A DNA stretch of 53,853 bases from a virus (lineage: Duplodnaviria > Caudoviricetes): IMG/VR virus record IMGVR_UViG_3300033417_000011, positions 1 through 53,853 of that record. The stretch is one strand, 5' to 3'. The notes under the pieces are model-generated. The model saw nothing but the letters and a program-made list of their open reading frames with translations, made no database searches and had not been told where the DNA came from. Of the stretch, positions 37,720 through 47,676 are shown piece by piece. The first letter of the stretch is position 1. Each line of letters starts with the position of its first letter. A program made the position numbers and the translations under genes.

Positions 37720-40254
37720 ATGCTGCTGATTCTCCTGCTCCTATTCGTCTCGACGGCTGCCGCTCAAACCGGGCCGCCCGACCTGACCGACTGCTACGCC
37801 GTCTCGGGGAAGGACGGCGACATCGGCGACCGCTCGTTCTCTCTTCGCTGCTTACTAACAGGTGGTACAGCGGACGACTACGACGACTACGACGCCGATG
37901 TGATGTACGGGTACTCGACGGGCTCGTTGACCCGCCGCTACCCGATCGGCGAACCGCTGGGGGAAGGCGACGACGGTAACCAGCGCTGGACCCGCATTCA
38001 GGATCTTTCGCCAGAATCCACGGTCTACATTGGCCCGCGTGTGACCAACTCCGCTGGGACGTTTACCTCGATCCCCACGTGCTCGGACGACTGTTCGGGC
38101 GGCGACGACGCGACCTTCTGCGACGAGAACGACACCGATGGCGCTTTCTTTGCCGACGCCCCGAATCGCAACCACTCGAACATTCGCTGCGCCGCCGGCG
38201 AGGAATGGCGCGTGGTGATGGCCGCTCTCGACTCAGGCGCACCCGTCGAGCCAGCCGCCCCGTCGCACACGATGAGCGCCGACATCCCCGCCGCTGACAA
38301 CATACACACGGCGGACGGTACGTGCTCGAACTGGACGACGATTCTAGGGGACGCTCGAACAGCGGCGCAGGCAAGCGGCACCACGGAGCGTATTGAGATC
38401 CCGCCCGGCGTGCGCTGCCCGTGCTTCAATCTCACCGCGCTCACGCAAGGCCGCGTCCAGGTGACCACCGGCGCGGACCCCGAAACACTCCCCGGCGCGG
38501 GCACGATGATGCACCCCGGCTACCGCGACCGGCTCGGGCTCATCACGCACGACCCATCGACCCCGGCGAGCTGGGGCGATACCTGCATCGGCACCAGCGG
38601 CACGGCGACCGGCTACGACCTGTTCAACTTTCGCATCACGAAGCCGCCGGGGGCCGCCGTCGAGGACTATCCATCGCCGCGCGGCAGCCAGTTGATCCTG
38701 CTCGGGCAGGACCACAACACGATCCGCTTCGACAGGCTATTGATCGACTTCCCCGAGGGCTGGAACTTCGGATCGGTTTGGAATATCGCCAACGCCATCG
38801 ACATCTCGATTACGAACAACTGGGTTCGGCGCGAACTCGACGACGACGGTTCCGATACCTTCTCGGTCTACATGGGCGGGGCTGAAGACGTTCAAATAGT
38901 CAACAACAATTTCATGATCGACCCGTTCATCTTCGCCGACACGGCGGGCCGTCAGACCGGCAACCCGCTGACACTCAAGGGCAACATCATCCACGCGGCG
39001 GACCGCTACTCGCCGCAGCATCCCGACTACGGCGGCACCCACCAGTTTTTCACTTACTGCGTCGAGCTCAAATCGTGCGCGACGTGCGCGATCACAGGCA
39101 ACATTTTCAAGGGCTGCCGCGCGGGGGACTTCAACTCGAATCAAGCAACCTTGGCGATTACCGGCGTCAACCAGCAGGACTCGAACATCCTGATCCGGGG
39201 CAACACATTCAAGCTCACCGACAGCGTAGCGACGTTCAGCGACAACAATGTCCCCGGCCCCTATCGCCCGATCTACCCGAGCGAGCGCATCCTCGTCGAG
39301 CACAACCTGGCGTTCGGGTTGAGTAAAGAATACTGCAACACCAGCGGCTGCACGACCGGCGCATTCTGGGCGCAGTGGAGCCCGCAGGAAGACACGATCA
39401 TTCGGCGGAACACCTACCACATCAAAAGCGGCTCACGGCCCATGATCTTGTGGATGACCCGGCGCGGCCAAGGGCACTCAAACGAAGACAATATCTACAC
39501 GTTCACCGATGGCGGTTCGAGCAATCGCGGTGTGCGGCGGCTGATCGGCTCGACCGAGCTTCCCGACGACACCGAAGAGACAGGGTCGGCGGCGTTTGAC
39601 CAGGTGTTCATCAGCGGCACGACAGCGGACAGTCTTTCGGCCTTCCAAAACAACGTCATCATTCCGGGGATCGAGAACTCGGGAACGTCGGCGGATTCGA
39701 AGCTCGACTCAGTGCTCGACAGCGAAACGATCTCCTGCGCCGAAGCAATAGCCCACGCGACACTGACGACCTTCACGGGGCTGGAGTGCGTCGGCAGCGC
39801 CTCGGAGTGCGCGGACGGCACCTGCCCTGATTCGTTTACCGACCGGCTGAATCTAGCATTCCAAACAGGCACCTGGCGGCCCATCTCGCCGACCTACGAC
39901 GGCAAGGGCGCCGACATCGACATCCTCGAGCGCGAACAGGGCCGTATCCGCAGCGTGGACGTAACCCCCACGCACAACGCCGTCACGATCACCTTCGACG
40001 CGCCCTCAACGGTGGGCCTGACGGTCGCGCTTGCGCCGTACGACTCGGGCTACGATGGCTCGTTTGACGACGAAGCCACGATCGTTGAGCAGACGGACGC
40101 CTCGGCCGCGACCGCCCAGACTGTGACCTTTAGCGGTGCGACTACCGGGGCGCTCACGCCTGAGACCAAGTACGCCTATCGCATCGGCTCGGACACGAAG
40201 ACCAGCTACGTCAAAGAGCGGTTCGGGGCATTCACGACGGCGGGGGCACCATGA
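37720..40254 (+). CDS. Large secreted-type beta-helix protein (tailspike/depolymerase-like) with FN3-like ends
   Basis: Repeated I.I.NN/I.GN rungs; L.PETKY.YRI FN3 motif; leader AAA|Q; many Cys. Confidence 0.65.
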   Translation: MLLILLLLFVSTAAAQTGPPDLTDCYAVSGKDGDIGDRSFSLRCLLTGGTADDYDDYDADVMYGYSTGSLTRRYPIGEPLGEGDDGNQRWTRIQDLSPESTVYIGPRVTNSAGTFTSIPTCSDDCSGGDDATFCDENDTDGAFFADAPNRNHSNIRCAAGEEWRVVMAALDSGAPVEPAAPSHTMSADIPAADNIHTADGTCSNWTTILGDARTAAQASGTTERIEIPPGVRCPCFNLTALTQGRVQVTTGADPETLPGAGTMMHPGYRDRLGLITHDPSTPASWGDTCIGTSGTATGYDLFNFRITKPPGAAVEDYPSPRGSQLILLGQDHNTIRFDRLLIDFPEGWNFGSVWNIANAIDISITNNWVRRELDDDGSDTFSVYMGGAEDVQIVNNNFMIDPFIFADTAGRQTGNPLTLKGNIIHAADRYSPQHPDYGGTHQFFTYCVELKSCATCAITGNIFKGCRAGDFNSNQATLAITGVNQQDSNILIRGNTFKLTDSVATFSDNNVPGPYRPIYPSERILVEHNLAFGLSKEYCNTSGCTTGAFWAQWSPQEDTIIRRNTYHIKSGSRPMILWMTRRGQGHSNEDNIYTFTDGGSSNRGVRRLIGSTELPDDTEETGSAAFDQVFISGTTADSLSAFQNNVIIPGIENSGTSADSKLDSVLDSETISCAEAIAHATLTTFTGLECVGSASECADGTCPDSFTDRLNLAFQTGTWRPISPTYDGKGADIDILEREQGRIRSVDVTPTHNAVTITFDAPSTVGLTVALAPYDSGYDGSFDDEATIVEQTDASAATAQTVTFSGATTGALTPETKYAYRIGSDTKTSYVKERFGAFTTAGAP

Positions 40255-40679
40255 TGACCTACGACGACCCATACGTCCTGCTCCGCATCTTCGTGCTGGC
40301 CCTGGCGGTCTACCGCGAGGCGGCCGGCGAACCGTGGCCCGGCAAGCTGGCCGTGGCGCAGGTCATCGAGAACCGCGTCAACGATCCGCGCTGGCCCAGC
40401 GACTACCGCGACGTGATCCTGCAGCCGTGGCAGTTTTCGGCGTTCAACAAGAGCGACCCGCAGGTGACGCGCTTCCCCAACGCCAAAAACGACAGGGCCT
40501 GGGAAGAGTGCGTGCGTGCGGCGTGGATGGTGCTCGACGATCCGCACGACTTCGCCAATGGCTCGAACCATTACCTGAACCCCGAGACCGTGCTGAAGGT
40601 TTCGGGCAAGCTGCCCGACTGGGCAACCCCCGAGGCCAAAGTGCTGACGATCGGGGCCCACGATTTCTACAAACTCTAG
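40251..40679 (+). CDS. Cell-wall hydrolase (SleB/Hydrolase_2), endolysin candidate
   Basis: LALAVYREAAGE...GKLAVAQVIENRV...VILQPWQFS...IGAHDFY. Confidence 0.85.
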   Translation: MMTYDDPYVLLRIFVLALAVYREAAGEPWPGKLAVAQVIENRVNDPRWPSDYRDVILQPWQFSAFNKSDPQVTRFPNAKNDRAWEECVRAAWMVLDDPHDFANGSNHYLNPETVLKVSGKLPDWATPEAKVLTIGAHDFYKL

Positions 40680-40687
40680 GAGGATTT

Positions 40688-41248
40688 ATGCCCGCTTTAA
40701 CGAAGCCAGAAGTAGACGCCCTCAACCGAAATTGGGGCGACATGTGGAAGAAGCCGCCCAACCCGACAGGGCTGTATCAGCAAGCCCCCGACGGTTCGTG
40801 GTGGCGCGTGGACCCGTTTACCGGCGAGACACCCTGGGACAAGAGCACGCCGACCGGAAAGAAGTTGCCAGCCGGTTTCGAGGACATCTTTGGCCCCGAG
40901 CCGGGCGTAGGAGACCCGCGACGCGAGCGCTGGCTGACCGACCTTGAGTACTACCAAGGCGCGGGGCTGCCGGATGGCTTCACCCAAGAGCAAGTCAACA
41001 CGGCCAACCGCGTGTACGAAGACTGGGGAATGGGCAAGGTCCGCTTCTACCAGGGCCGCTACGGCTGGATGGCTCGCTGGCCTGATTGCGCCCTGCCGGT
41101 GTTTGAGAACGACGTGATGACGGCGATTGAGATCCCGCATCTGGTCATCCCGCGCTACCAGGTGCGGCTCAGCATGGCTGGTATGCGGCCCGGCAAGATT
41201 CACCCCTGGGTGCCGCCGCATCTGTTTCCCGAAGTGGACCCTCGGTAG
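40688..41248 (+). CDS. Hypothetical protein
   Basis: AGGAGG RBS. Confidence 0.6.
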   Translation: MPALTKPEVDALNRNWGDMWKKPPNPTGLYQQAPDGSWWRVDPFTGETPWDKSTPTGKKLPAGFEDIFGPEPGVGDPRRERWLTDLEYYQGAGLPDGFTQEQVNTANRVYEDWGMGKVRFYQGRYGWMARWPDCALPVFENDVMTAIEIPHLVIPRYQVRLSMAGMRPGKIHPWVPPHLFPEVDPR

Positions 41249-41358
41249 CGGCTCCGCCGCCACGGCGGGAGCCGCAGGGGGAACCGGGCACGATCTTTTC
41301 GATTGAGCGGGAAGCGCCCAAGCAGCGGCGCATCCTGCTCAGGCTAGGAGGAATTTCC

Positions 41359-41580
41359 GTGGGACCAAAAACGAAAGCATGGCTGAAAGGCCTGGGGGTC
41401 GCCGTCATCGGCGGCGTCGCCAATGCGGGCTCGATCTGGCTGGTCGCCCCCGAAGTGCTTGACCAGTTGGGCTGGGAGGCGCTGCTGCGGGTGTGCGTGG
41501 GCTCGGCCCTGATCGCGATGTTCGGCTACCTCAAGAAGTCGCCGCTTCCGAACGGGGAGGCGACCCATGGGGCTGCTTAA
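41359..41580 (+). CDS. Holin-like two-TM protein
   Basis: Two hydrophobic helices ending YLKKSPLP; near the endolysin; AGGAGG RBS. Confidence 0.6.
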   Translation: MGPKTKAWLKGLGVAVIGGVANAGSIWLVAPEVLDQLGWEALLRVCVGSALIAMFGYLKKSPLPNGEATHGAA

Positions 41581-41775
41581 CTGGCTGAAGAAAGGGCTGA
41601 GCCCGAAGGACCGCATCGCAGCCCTGGTCGATTCGGTTGTCGATCGGCTCAATGACAAGTACCACTTCGAGGGCCATATAACCATCGTGGATGGTGGCTT
41701 CAAATTTGGCATCTGGATCGCCGACAAAGCGCCCAACCTGCCCAAGGTGGACCTGGATGAGGTTGCGAAGGCGGA

Positions 41776-42501
41776 ATGACCATGAAAACCCACAAGGCTT
41801 TTCTCCTGCTCCTGCTCATCGCCCCGCTGTGGGCAGCCGAGCCCACCGAGCTGCGGCTACAGCAGTTCGACACGGTGATTTTTCAGGGCGGCATATCCGG
41901 CGACATCGTAGTAGCCCCGGACTTCCGGCACCTGAAGGGCTTCTTTGTCCGCCTCGACTGTGAAGATGCGCTGGAGTTGAACGCTTCGATGGACTGGAGC
42001 CACGACCGGCTGATGCCCGCTGAGGTTGACGGCGTGCGACTCGCTCAGCCGCCGCTGTTCGGCCCGCCGCCTACGTCCCCCGACGCGAATCAGGTGATGA
42101 CACCCTGTACGCCGGGCCGGATGATTCAGGTGAACATCACGCCCAAGATGCCGCGCGAGATCCGCGACGGGGATTCGATCTGGGTCATGCTCCAGGGCAT
42201 GTTTGTTCAGTGGCGGACGATCCACATGGAGTACGAGGCCCGTACGACGCCTGGAGAGAAGGGCGACGCGGGCGATATCGGCGCTACGGGCCACGCCGGA
42301 GCGTCTGGACCTGCGGGTCCGGTAGGGCCGCAAGGTCCCGCCGGTCCCCCAGGGAAAACCGGGGCCACGGGCCCGCGAGGCCCGCAGGGGCCGAAGGGTG
42401 ACCCCGGCGACGGCAAGTCGAGCAACAAGAAGTGCTGGGGTAACTGCAAAGACCTGGGCTATCAGCCCGCGTTTACGTTGCGGCCATTGAGGAGGAGGTA
42501 A
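41776..42501 (+). CDS. Collagen-repeat protein with signal peptide
   Basis: About 17 Gly-X-Y triplets near the C-terminus; hydrophobic leader. Confidence 0.65.
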   Translation: MTMKTHKAFLLLLLIAPLWAAEPTELRLQQFDTVIFQGGISGDIVVAPDFRHLKGFFVRLDCEDALELNASMDWSHDRLMPAEVDGVRLAQPPLFGPPPTSPDANQVMTPCTPGRMIQVNITPKMPREIRDGDSIWVMLQGMFVQWRTIHMEYEARTTPGEKGDAGDIGATGHAGASGPAGPVGPQGPAGPPGKTGATGPRGPQGPKGDPGDGKSSNKKCWGNCKDLGYQPAFTLRPLRRR

Positions 42502-43211
42502 TGATGCGAATGCTTTTGCTTACGATGCTGTTCGCGGGCTTGGCGCACGCGCAGTGCGTGAAGCAGCCCGCCGTGGCCCTCAAGGCCGTGGACGAATTCG
42601 CCTGCCGGGGCATGTCGTACGAGCAAGCCTGGGACACGCTCACCGCCGGGGGTGTCGCGCCCGTGCGGCCCATCCGCGTGGCCGAGATGTCGATGAAAAC
42701 GAACTACAACTCGCGCAAGCAGTTGGTCAGCCGGGGGCTGCGAATCGTGGGCTTCGCTACCGGCATCGTGGCGGCCTACTTTGGCCAAGACCTCAAGGGC
42801 TGGCAGATCGGGGCGCTGGCAGCCGGGCCGTCCGTGGTGGACCAGGGCGTCAAGTGGGTGGCCGGCGAGCCCGACGCCTTCACGCAGCTACCCGACGACA
42901 ACGGGTTCACCACGATCTACGCGCTGGCGACGAATCAGCAGATCGTGGGGCCGAAACTGGCATTTTCGCGGCCGACAGTTCGAAATCCTAACCAACTGAA
43001 AACATTGGACAAGAGCGCCGATTCGAACGATTCGAAGCCAGTTCAGCGGCCGACCCATTTCACCCCCGCCAACTGGTACGTGCTGTACGGGGAGTCGAAC
43101 CCGGATCACATCGCCAGAGTCCACGACGGGCTGCGGAGATCGTTCATGAATGCTGCTGAGCGCGGGGCCATGGAGTCCATCGAGGACTTCCGGCTGGTGG
43201 CCGCGAAATGA
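42501..43211 (+). CDS. Signal-peptide-bearing hypothetical protein
   Basis: Leader ending AHA|Q. Confidence 0.55.
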   Translation: MMRMLLLTMLFAGLAHAQCVKQPAVALKAVDEFACRGMSYEQAWDTLTAGGVAPVRPIRVAEMSMKTNYNSRKQLVSRGLRIVGFATGIVAAYFGQDLKGWQIGALAAGPSVVDQGVKWVAGEPDAFTQLPDDNGFTTIYALATNQQIVGPKLAFSRPTVRNPNQLKTLDKSADSNDSKPVQRPTHFTPANWYVLYGESNPDHIARVHDGLRRSFMNAAERGAMESIEDFRLVAAK

Positions 43212-43858
43212 CTGGGGGCCAAGCTATCGGGCTGTTCGTCGCGGTGGGGCTCTCGCCGTTCGTAACTGTGTTCTTGATCGCGCTGGCTGAGGGGGATGTC
43301 AAGCTGCGCACGGTTATAAAGGCGCTCCAGGTCGGCATGCTCCTTTGTAGCGCGGTTGTGATCTCCGACGCTCAGGGGCAGGCACAGGCGCAGCAGGACT
43401 CGACAACGCAGCGCGTCGTTCGATTGGAAGACCAAGGCCGATCGCTGGACAGGATGACGGCGGAATTGAATCAGTTTTCACAGAATCAAGCCAACCGCAT
43501 TAACGATCTCGTTAAGGTCCAGACCGATACGCTGGTGAAAGTGGAAGCCTCCATGGCCCAGCATGATGAGCGCCTGAAGGCTTTGGAGTCTGGGCTTGTG
43601 AGATTTGAGGCCGTCGCCGAAGGCATGAGCGGATCATTCCGTCTTTGGGGCGCCTTGTTTGCCGGGGCTATCTCGTTTTTTATGCTGCTAGCGACACTGG
43701 CGATGGTCGGAGTCGTGATCTGGCAGACAAAAAAACAGGCGGCCAAGATCATGAACGGCGGAGGCTTGAGTGACATCAAGGAACTTCTCAAAACGCTAGT
43801 CGCTGGACTTAACCAAGGAGAAGCACAATCACAACCAACAAGGAGAACACGATCATGA
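43208..43858 (+). CDS. Membrane protein with coiled coil
   Basis: N- and C-terminal TM segments around a heptad region. Confidence 0.55.
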   Translation: MTGGQAIGLFVAVGLSPFVTVFLIALAEGDVKLRTVIKALQVGMLLCSAVVISDAQGQAQAQQDSTTQRVVRLEDQGRSLDRMTAELNQFSQNQANRINDLVKVQTDTLVKVEASMAQHDERLKALESGLVRFEAVAEGMSGSFRLWGALFAGAISFFMLLATLAMVGVVIWQTKKQAAKIMNGGGLSDIKELLKTLVAGLNQGEAQSQPTRRTRS

Positions 43859-44038
43859 AGTACATCAATCTTTTCGGAGTCGCGCTGGCGGCGGGCTTCG
43901 CTGGAGCGGCGCTATGGCTGGTGTAGCAGGCAGGGCCGTCGGAATACGACGCTTACTGGGAACGATTGGCGTGCGTGGGCTGTCCCGAGCCTGGCTGCCC
44001 GTCGCCGTTCCCGGGTATCTGCGACGACGAGAGCTAGG

Positions 44039-44487
44039 CTAGGATTCCAGCAGCTTGCGGTAGGCCCTGCAAGTCTCAAGCAGGTTGCGTTCCGCATCGA
44101 GCAGGCGGTCTTCGGCTTCAAGGGGTGCCTGCTCGCATGGCTTGCGCACGTCCTGGTAATGCTCGTGGGCGTCATACCGGGCAAGCGCCGCGTCTACGAT
44201 TGATGCTCCGATACGCACCAACTCAGCATCTTTCGGGCTGACTGTCGATGCGCCTATGGCGTACAGGAATCGGTGGAGTCGATGATTCATTTGGCATCCA
44301 GTAGCTTGCGGTAGGCAGCAACGGCGCGGTCGATATTGCCAACGCCGGTACAGCCGTTGGCTTCGTGGCACTTCAGGGCTGCGTCAACGATGGCGTCGCG
44401 GGCTGCGTCGAGGTCGGCCTCGCGCTTACTGGACTCACGCAGCCGTGTCGCAAGTTGCCCCGCTGCTGATTGCATTGCTTTACTCAT
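44039..44487 (-). CDS. Two tandem paralogous small genes (44039-44290, 44287-44487)
   Basis: Both contain IVDAAL and end in AYRKLL. Confidence 0.5.
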
Positions 44488-44668
44488 CGCTTCCCCTCCG
44501 TGGCCGGGGGCTGGGCAGGCGTCCAACCGATACCGCAATGCGCCGAACCTAAAGCCCGATAGCACAGCGGCGGCGAAAGTTGAACTACTTTGTCATACGT
44601 GATAAGACCGCACCAAACACCACCAACGAGCATTTGAATTTCGTATCGCGGAATGGTGCTCGTTCGGC

Positions 44669-44956
44669 TCATTGTTTCCCCTTCCCCTTCGCCCTGGCCG
44701 CAGCAGCCTTGGCCCGGCCTCCCTTGGCCGCTATCAGCTCAAGCCTGGCGTCCGTAAAGGATCTCCGCCCATTGCGGATGTCGGACAAGTGCTGCGGCGT
44801 AATCGCCAACTTTTCTGCGACACGCAAACCCTCGCCGCGCTCAGATCCAGATAAATAAAGCGCTACCGTTACCCGGAAATCGGCATCCATCCCTTGACAG
44901 AGCCTGCGCTGCTCCAGCAACTGCGCGGCTTCTTCCCGAACCTGATCCCATGTCAT
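44669..44956 (-). CDS. XRE-type HTH protein
   Basis: VAEKLAITPQHLSDIRNGRR. Confidence 0.7.
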   Translation of the reverse strand: MTWDQVREEAAQLLEQRRLCQGMDADFRVTVALYLSGSERGEGLRVAEKLAITPQHLSDIRNGRRSFTDARLELIAAKGGRAKAAAARAKGKGKQ

Positions 44957-44962
44957 TGTTCC

Positions 44963-44991
44963 ATGATAAGCGGATTATCATACGATGTCAA
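44963..44991 (-). promoter_or_regulatory. Sigma70 promoter, probably leaderless transcript
   Basis: TTGACA-17nt-TATCAT on the minus strand, 6 nt before the ATG at 44956. Confidence 0.7.
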
Positions 44992-45079
44992 CCAGAAACC
45001 GCGCACCAGCTCAAGCCCAGGCACAACACCGCGATAACCAGCCACCACAGGGCGATGCGCCGCGCGGGTAGGGGCGGCA

Positions 45080-45646
45080 TCAGGGCTTGTCCGGGCAGGG
45101 GAAGGCGTCAGTGAGGGCTGGGACGACGTGCTCCAGCGGGGTCAGGTGCCGCCGCTCCGGGTGGTCGTCCAGATACTTCACGACCACGAGCGCAAGCTGG
45201 CCGCCGCCTACCCCATCAGGCGGGCAGGCGCGCTTCAGCGCTTCGAGCACGTTCGCAATGCCGGTGAGGTAGCCCAGGCACCAGGTGGCGTCGATTGCCT
45301 GGGCGGGGCCACCCAGCTCCGCGTATGGCTTGGTGGCCAAGCGGCACGAGTCCAGCAGCTTCGTGGTATCGACCTCCGCCCCGGCCAACGGCCAGCAGCA
45401 GAGCAGGGTCAGCGCGAGGCGGCAGCCGACCGTTCGCAGCGGGCTATTTCGTCCTCGATTTTGGCAATAGCCCGTTTGACTTCCTGAAATATGTCCAGAT
45501 ATATGCGCAGCCGGTAATGAAGCCCGGCCAAGCGGTCCGCCTTGCGGCAATCCTGCTTCTTCATACAGCCCCCTGACGACGCAGCACAAAGAATTTAGCA
45601 TAGCTACCCCCACTTTGTTGAACGGTTTATAAATAATTGACGCCAC
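45080..45646 (-). CDS. Rap1a/Tai-family immunity protein (true start probably near 45440)
   Basis: LL..C...CLGYLTG...CPP......QL..VV.KYL..HPE..H.......AL..AFPC, preceded by a signal-like segment. Confidence 0.75.
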   Translation of the reverse strand: MASIIYKPFNKVGVAMLNSLCCVVRGLYEEAGLPQGGPLGRASLPAAHISGHISGSQTGYCQNRGRNSPLRTVGCRLALTLLCCWPLAGAEVDTTKLLDSCRLATKPYAELGGPAQAIDATWCLGYLTGIANVLEALKRACPPDGVGGGQLALVVVKYLDDHPERRHLTPLEHVVPALTDAFPCPDKP

Positions 45647-46032
45647 TACTTCGGAAAACGTGTCAAATGTTTCAGGACACTGCGGGCGGTTTCGTCGTCG
45701 GAGCGGTACACGGCCAACACCTTCTCCAGCAGCCGCAACTCTTCGGGGCTGGCGTCGAGGGTGGGTGGGGTCGTTATAGCGCTGGGCGGCGGCTCCTCCC
45801 CTGCTAGTTTCGCGGCATGAGCCTTGAGCCGCTCCACGTCGCCTGCGGCGTAGCGCTTTGGCGATACCGCCAAGAATAGGTCAACGGCTTGCTCCAGAAA
45901 TGGCTGCACCTTCCCCTTGCCGCCGCGCTTACCTTCGATCCCCCTCAGGCGCGATGCTTCTTGCAGGGCGTCACGGTACGTGACCGTTCCGGTGAATCCT
46001 ATTTGAACTTTTTTCCCTTGTTCTTCAGACAC
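45646..46032 (-). CDS. Putative repressor (ribbon-helix-helix-like)
   Basis: Divergent from the Cro-like gene; beta strand VQIGF followed by two helices. Confidence 0.45.
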   Translation of the reverse strand: MSEEQGKKVQIGFTGTVTYRDALQEASRLRGIEGKRGGKGKVQPFLEQAVDLFLAVSPKRYAAGDVERLKAHAAKLAGEEPPPSAITTPPTLDASPEELRLLEKVLAVYRSDDETARSVLKHLTRFPK

Positions 46033-46039
46033 TTACGCC

Positions 46040-46123
46040 TCGATGCGTCGAAAGGTCGATGTTTAGACTTGACAGACTTTCGGTATATCGACTATCCTAT
46101 ATATCGAAGTATCGTTACGTCAG
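46040..46123. promoter_or_regulatory. Genetic switch region: promoter and periodic operator array
   Basis: TTGACA at 46069, 18 nt, TATCCT; TCGA-like boxes every 8 bp. Confidence 0.65.
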
Positions 46124-46129
46124 ACTGCC

Positions 46130-46348
46130 ATGGAAGATATTACCACGATGGGCGTTCGCCGCAAGCGCCGAATCCTACGCGATCACCGGGGCATCCTGTC
46201 GGCGGTTGCCCGCCAGCGCAAAGTGGCCCGCCAAACCGTGACTGATGTTTTCTGGGGGCGCAAGACAAGCAACCCGATCCTGGAAGCGCTGACCGCTGAA
46301 CTGTCGAAGCGTGAACATGAGTTGATTTTGAACGGAGGGGCGAAGTGA
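46130..46348 (+). CDS. Cro-like HTH
   Basis: LSAVARQRKVARQTVTDVFWGRKTS. Confidence 0.65.
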   Translation: MEDITTMGVRRKRRILRDHRGILSAVARQRKVARQTVTDVFWGRKTSNPILEALTAELSKREHELILNGGAK

Positions 46349-46890
46349 GGGCAACGGGAAAGTTGAGCGCCGCCGCTCCCGCCTCGTCCCAATACCGGGA
46401 ACAACCTTCCCTGGCGTTCCCGGTTCCCGCAGGGGCGGCGGTGGCTCAACGGAAGCGTGCCGGGTCGGACACGTCCATTCACGGTTCCCTTTCGCACCGT
46501 GAATCAGGCATGCCCTCCCGGCACGCTATCTCCGAACCTGAAGGTGGCCGCGATGCGGATATCGCCGTCATCAACAAGAAACTGCGGGAGTTAGCAGCGG
46601 AAGCCCTGAGCGGCAAAGACTACGGCGACGTGGGCGATGCACTTGGCATCCCCCGGCGTCAGGTCAGCTTCTACACCGCGCCGACCTCAGACAAGAACGT
46701 CCCGCTGGCCATCGTGATTCCGTGGTACCGGGCTTTCGGCTCGTGCGAACCGCTGGAGTGGCTGGTCGCGCAGTTGGGCCTGTCTCTGGCCACCGCCGAA
46801 GACCGCGCCCTGGCAGAGTACGGGCGCTTGGCGATGGAGGTTCACGAGCGGCAGGATCGAATGCGTGAGCTGATGCGGGAGGTCGCATGA
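46345..46890 (+). CDS. CII-like regulator
   Basis: HTH VGDALGIPRRQVSFY, PLEWLVAQLG; follows the Cro-like gene. Confidence 0.55.
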   Translation: MRATGKLSAAAPASSQYREQPSLAFPVPAGAAVAQRKRAGSDTSIHGSLSHRESGMPSRHAISEPEGGRDADIAVINKKLRELAAEALSGKDYGDVGDALGIPRRQVSFYTAPTSDKNVPLAIVIPWYRAFGSCEPLEWLVAQLGLSLATAEDRALAEYGRLAMEVHERQDRMRELMREVA

Positions 46891-46897
46891 GTTTCGG

Positions 46898-46962
46898 GGC
46901 TCGGAGTGGCGGGGCGGCGCTAGTTCTGGCGTAGCCCGGCACGGCATGGCGAAGCAAGGCAA
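46898..46962 (+). ncRNA. 5-nt-period GGC-NN tract A1 (13 units), candidate guide RNA
   Basis: ggcTC ggaGT ggcGG ggcGG cgcTA gttCT ggcGT agcCC ggcAC ggcAT ggcGA agcAA ggcAA. Confidence 0.7.
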
Positions 46963-46983
46963 ATCTAAGGGAAAAGGAAACCA

Positions 46984-47562
46984 ATGGCGAAGGCAAATTT
47001 CATCGAAGTATCGGCAAAACTCAAAAGCATCACGCGCTACTCGCAGGGCGGGTTCGTCACCAGCCCCCGCAAAAAGCAGGAGCCCTACGACGACCACGAG
47101 AAGCGCTGCTGGAAAGAGCGCCTGCATGTGACCGAGGATGGCCGGGTCTTTATGCCCGCCATGGGCTTCAAGCTGGCGCTGGTGGACGCGGCCAAGTACC
47201 TCGGCTACAAGATCCCCGGCAAGGGGCAGGCGACCTACACCAAGGTCTTCACCTGCGCGGTGCAGTGCCCCGAAGACGTGGTGCTGCCGGTCAAGGCGGC
47301 GGATGTCCCCGGCGAGTGGGTGATGGTGCCGTCGAACGGCAAGCCCGGCGCGGGGTCGCGGGTGCGCAAGTGCTTCCCGGTCATCGAGAAGTGGGAAGCC
47401 GATGTCAAGTTCATCATCGCGGACTTGACCATCACCAAGGATGTGTTCCAGGACCACCTGGACGCGGTTGGCCGGTTCATCGGCATCGGGCGGTTTCGCC
47501 CGCAGAATCGCGGGGCGTACGGGCTTTTCCAGGTGGTCGGGATTGATTGGAAGGAAAGTTGA
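46984..47562 (+). CDS. Stand-alone Cas7/RAMP-like RNA-binding protein
   Basis: GRVFMPAMGFKLALVDAA resembles the RAMP P.ss.KG.lr helix; C-terminal G-rich loop GIGRFRPQNRGAYGLF; AAGGA RBS. Confidence 0.75.
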   Translation: MAKANFIEVSAKLKSITRYSQGGFVTSPRKKQEPYDDHEKRCWKERLHVTEDGRVFMPAMGFKLALVDAAKYLGYKIPGKGQATYTKVFTCAVQCPEDVVLPVKAADVPGEWVMVPSNGKPGAGSRVRKCFPVIEKWEADVKFIIADLTITKDVFQDHLDAVGRFIGIGRFRPQNRGAYGLFQVVGIDWKES

Positions 47563-47575
47563 TTCGGTTTTCCGT

Positions 47576-47676
47576 GGCACGGCGGAGCCAGTCCGGTCAG
47601 GGGCACGGCGCGGCATGGATTGGCCGATCCGGGCTAGTCGTAGCCGGTCCTGTCGCGGCACGGCAAGGCAAGGTTT
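47576..47676 (+). ncRNA. GGC-NN tract A2 (20 units, one 1-nt slip at 47601)
   Basis: ggcAC ggcGG agcCA gtcCG gtcAG g ggcAC ggcGC ggcAT ggaTT ggcCG atcCG ggcTA gtcGT agcCG gtcCT gtcGC ggcAC ggcAA ggcAA ggtTT. Confidence 0.75.

Noticed and set aside
46113-46129. Possible self-target: CG-TA-GT-aG-CT-cC with 1-nt gaps matches 10/12 of part of tract A2
   Set aside because: The match is short, was found by eye and does not extend on either side; it is expected by chance and needs a systematic search
46432-46505. tRNA-like start GCGGCGGTGGCTCAACGG and a downstream hairpin
   Set aside because: There is no T-loop or matching acceptor stem, and it lies within the CII-like ORF
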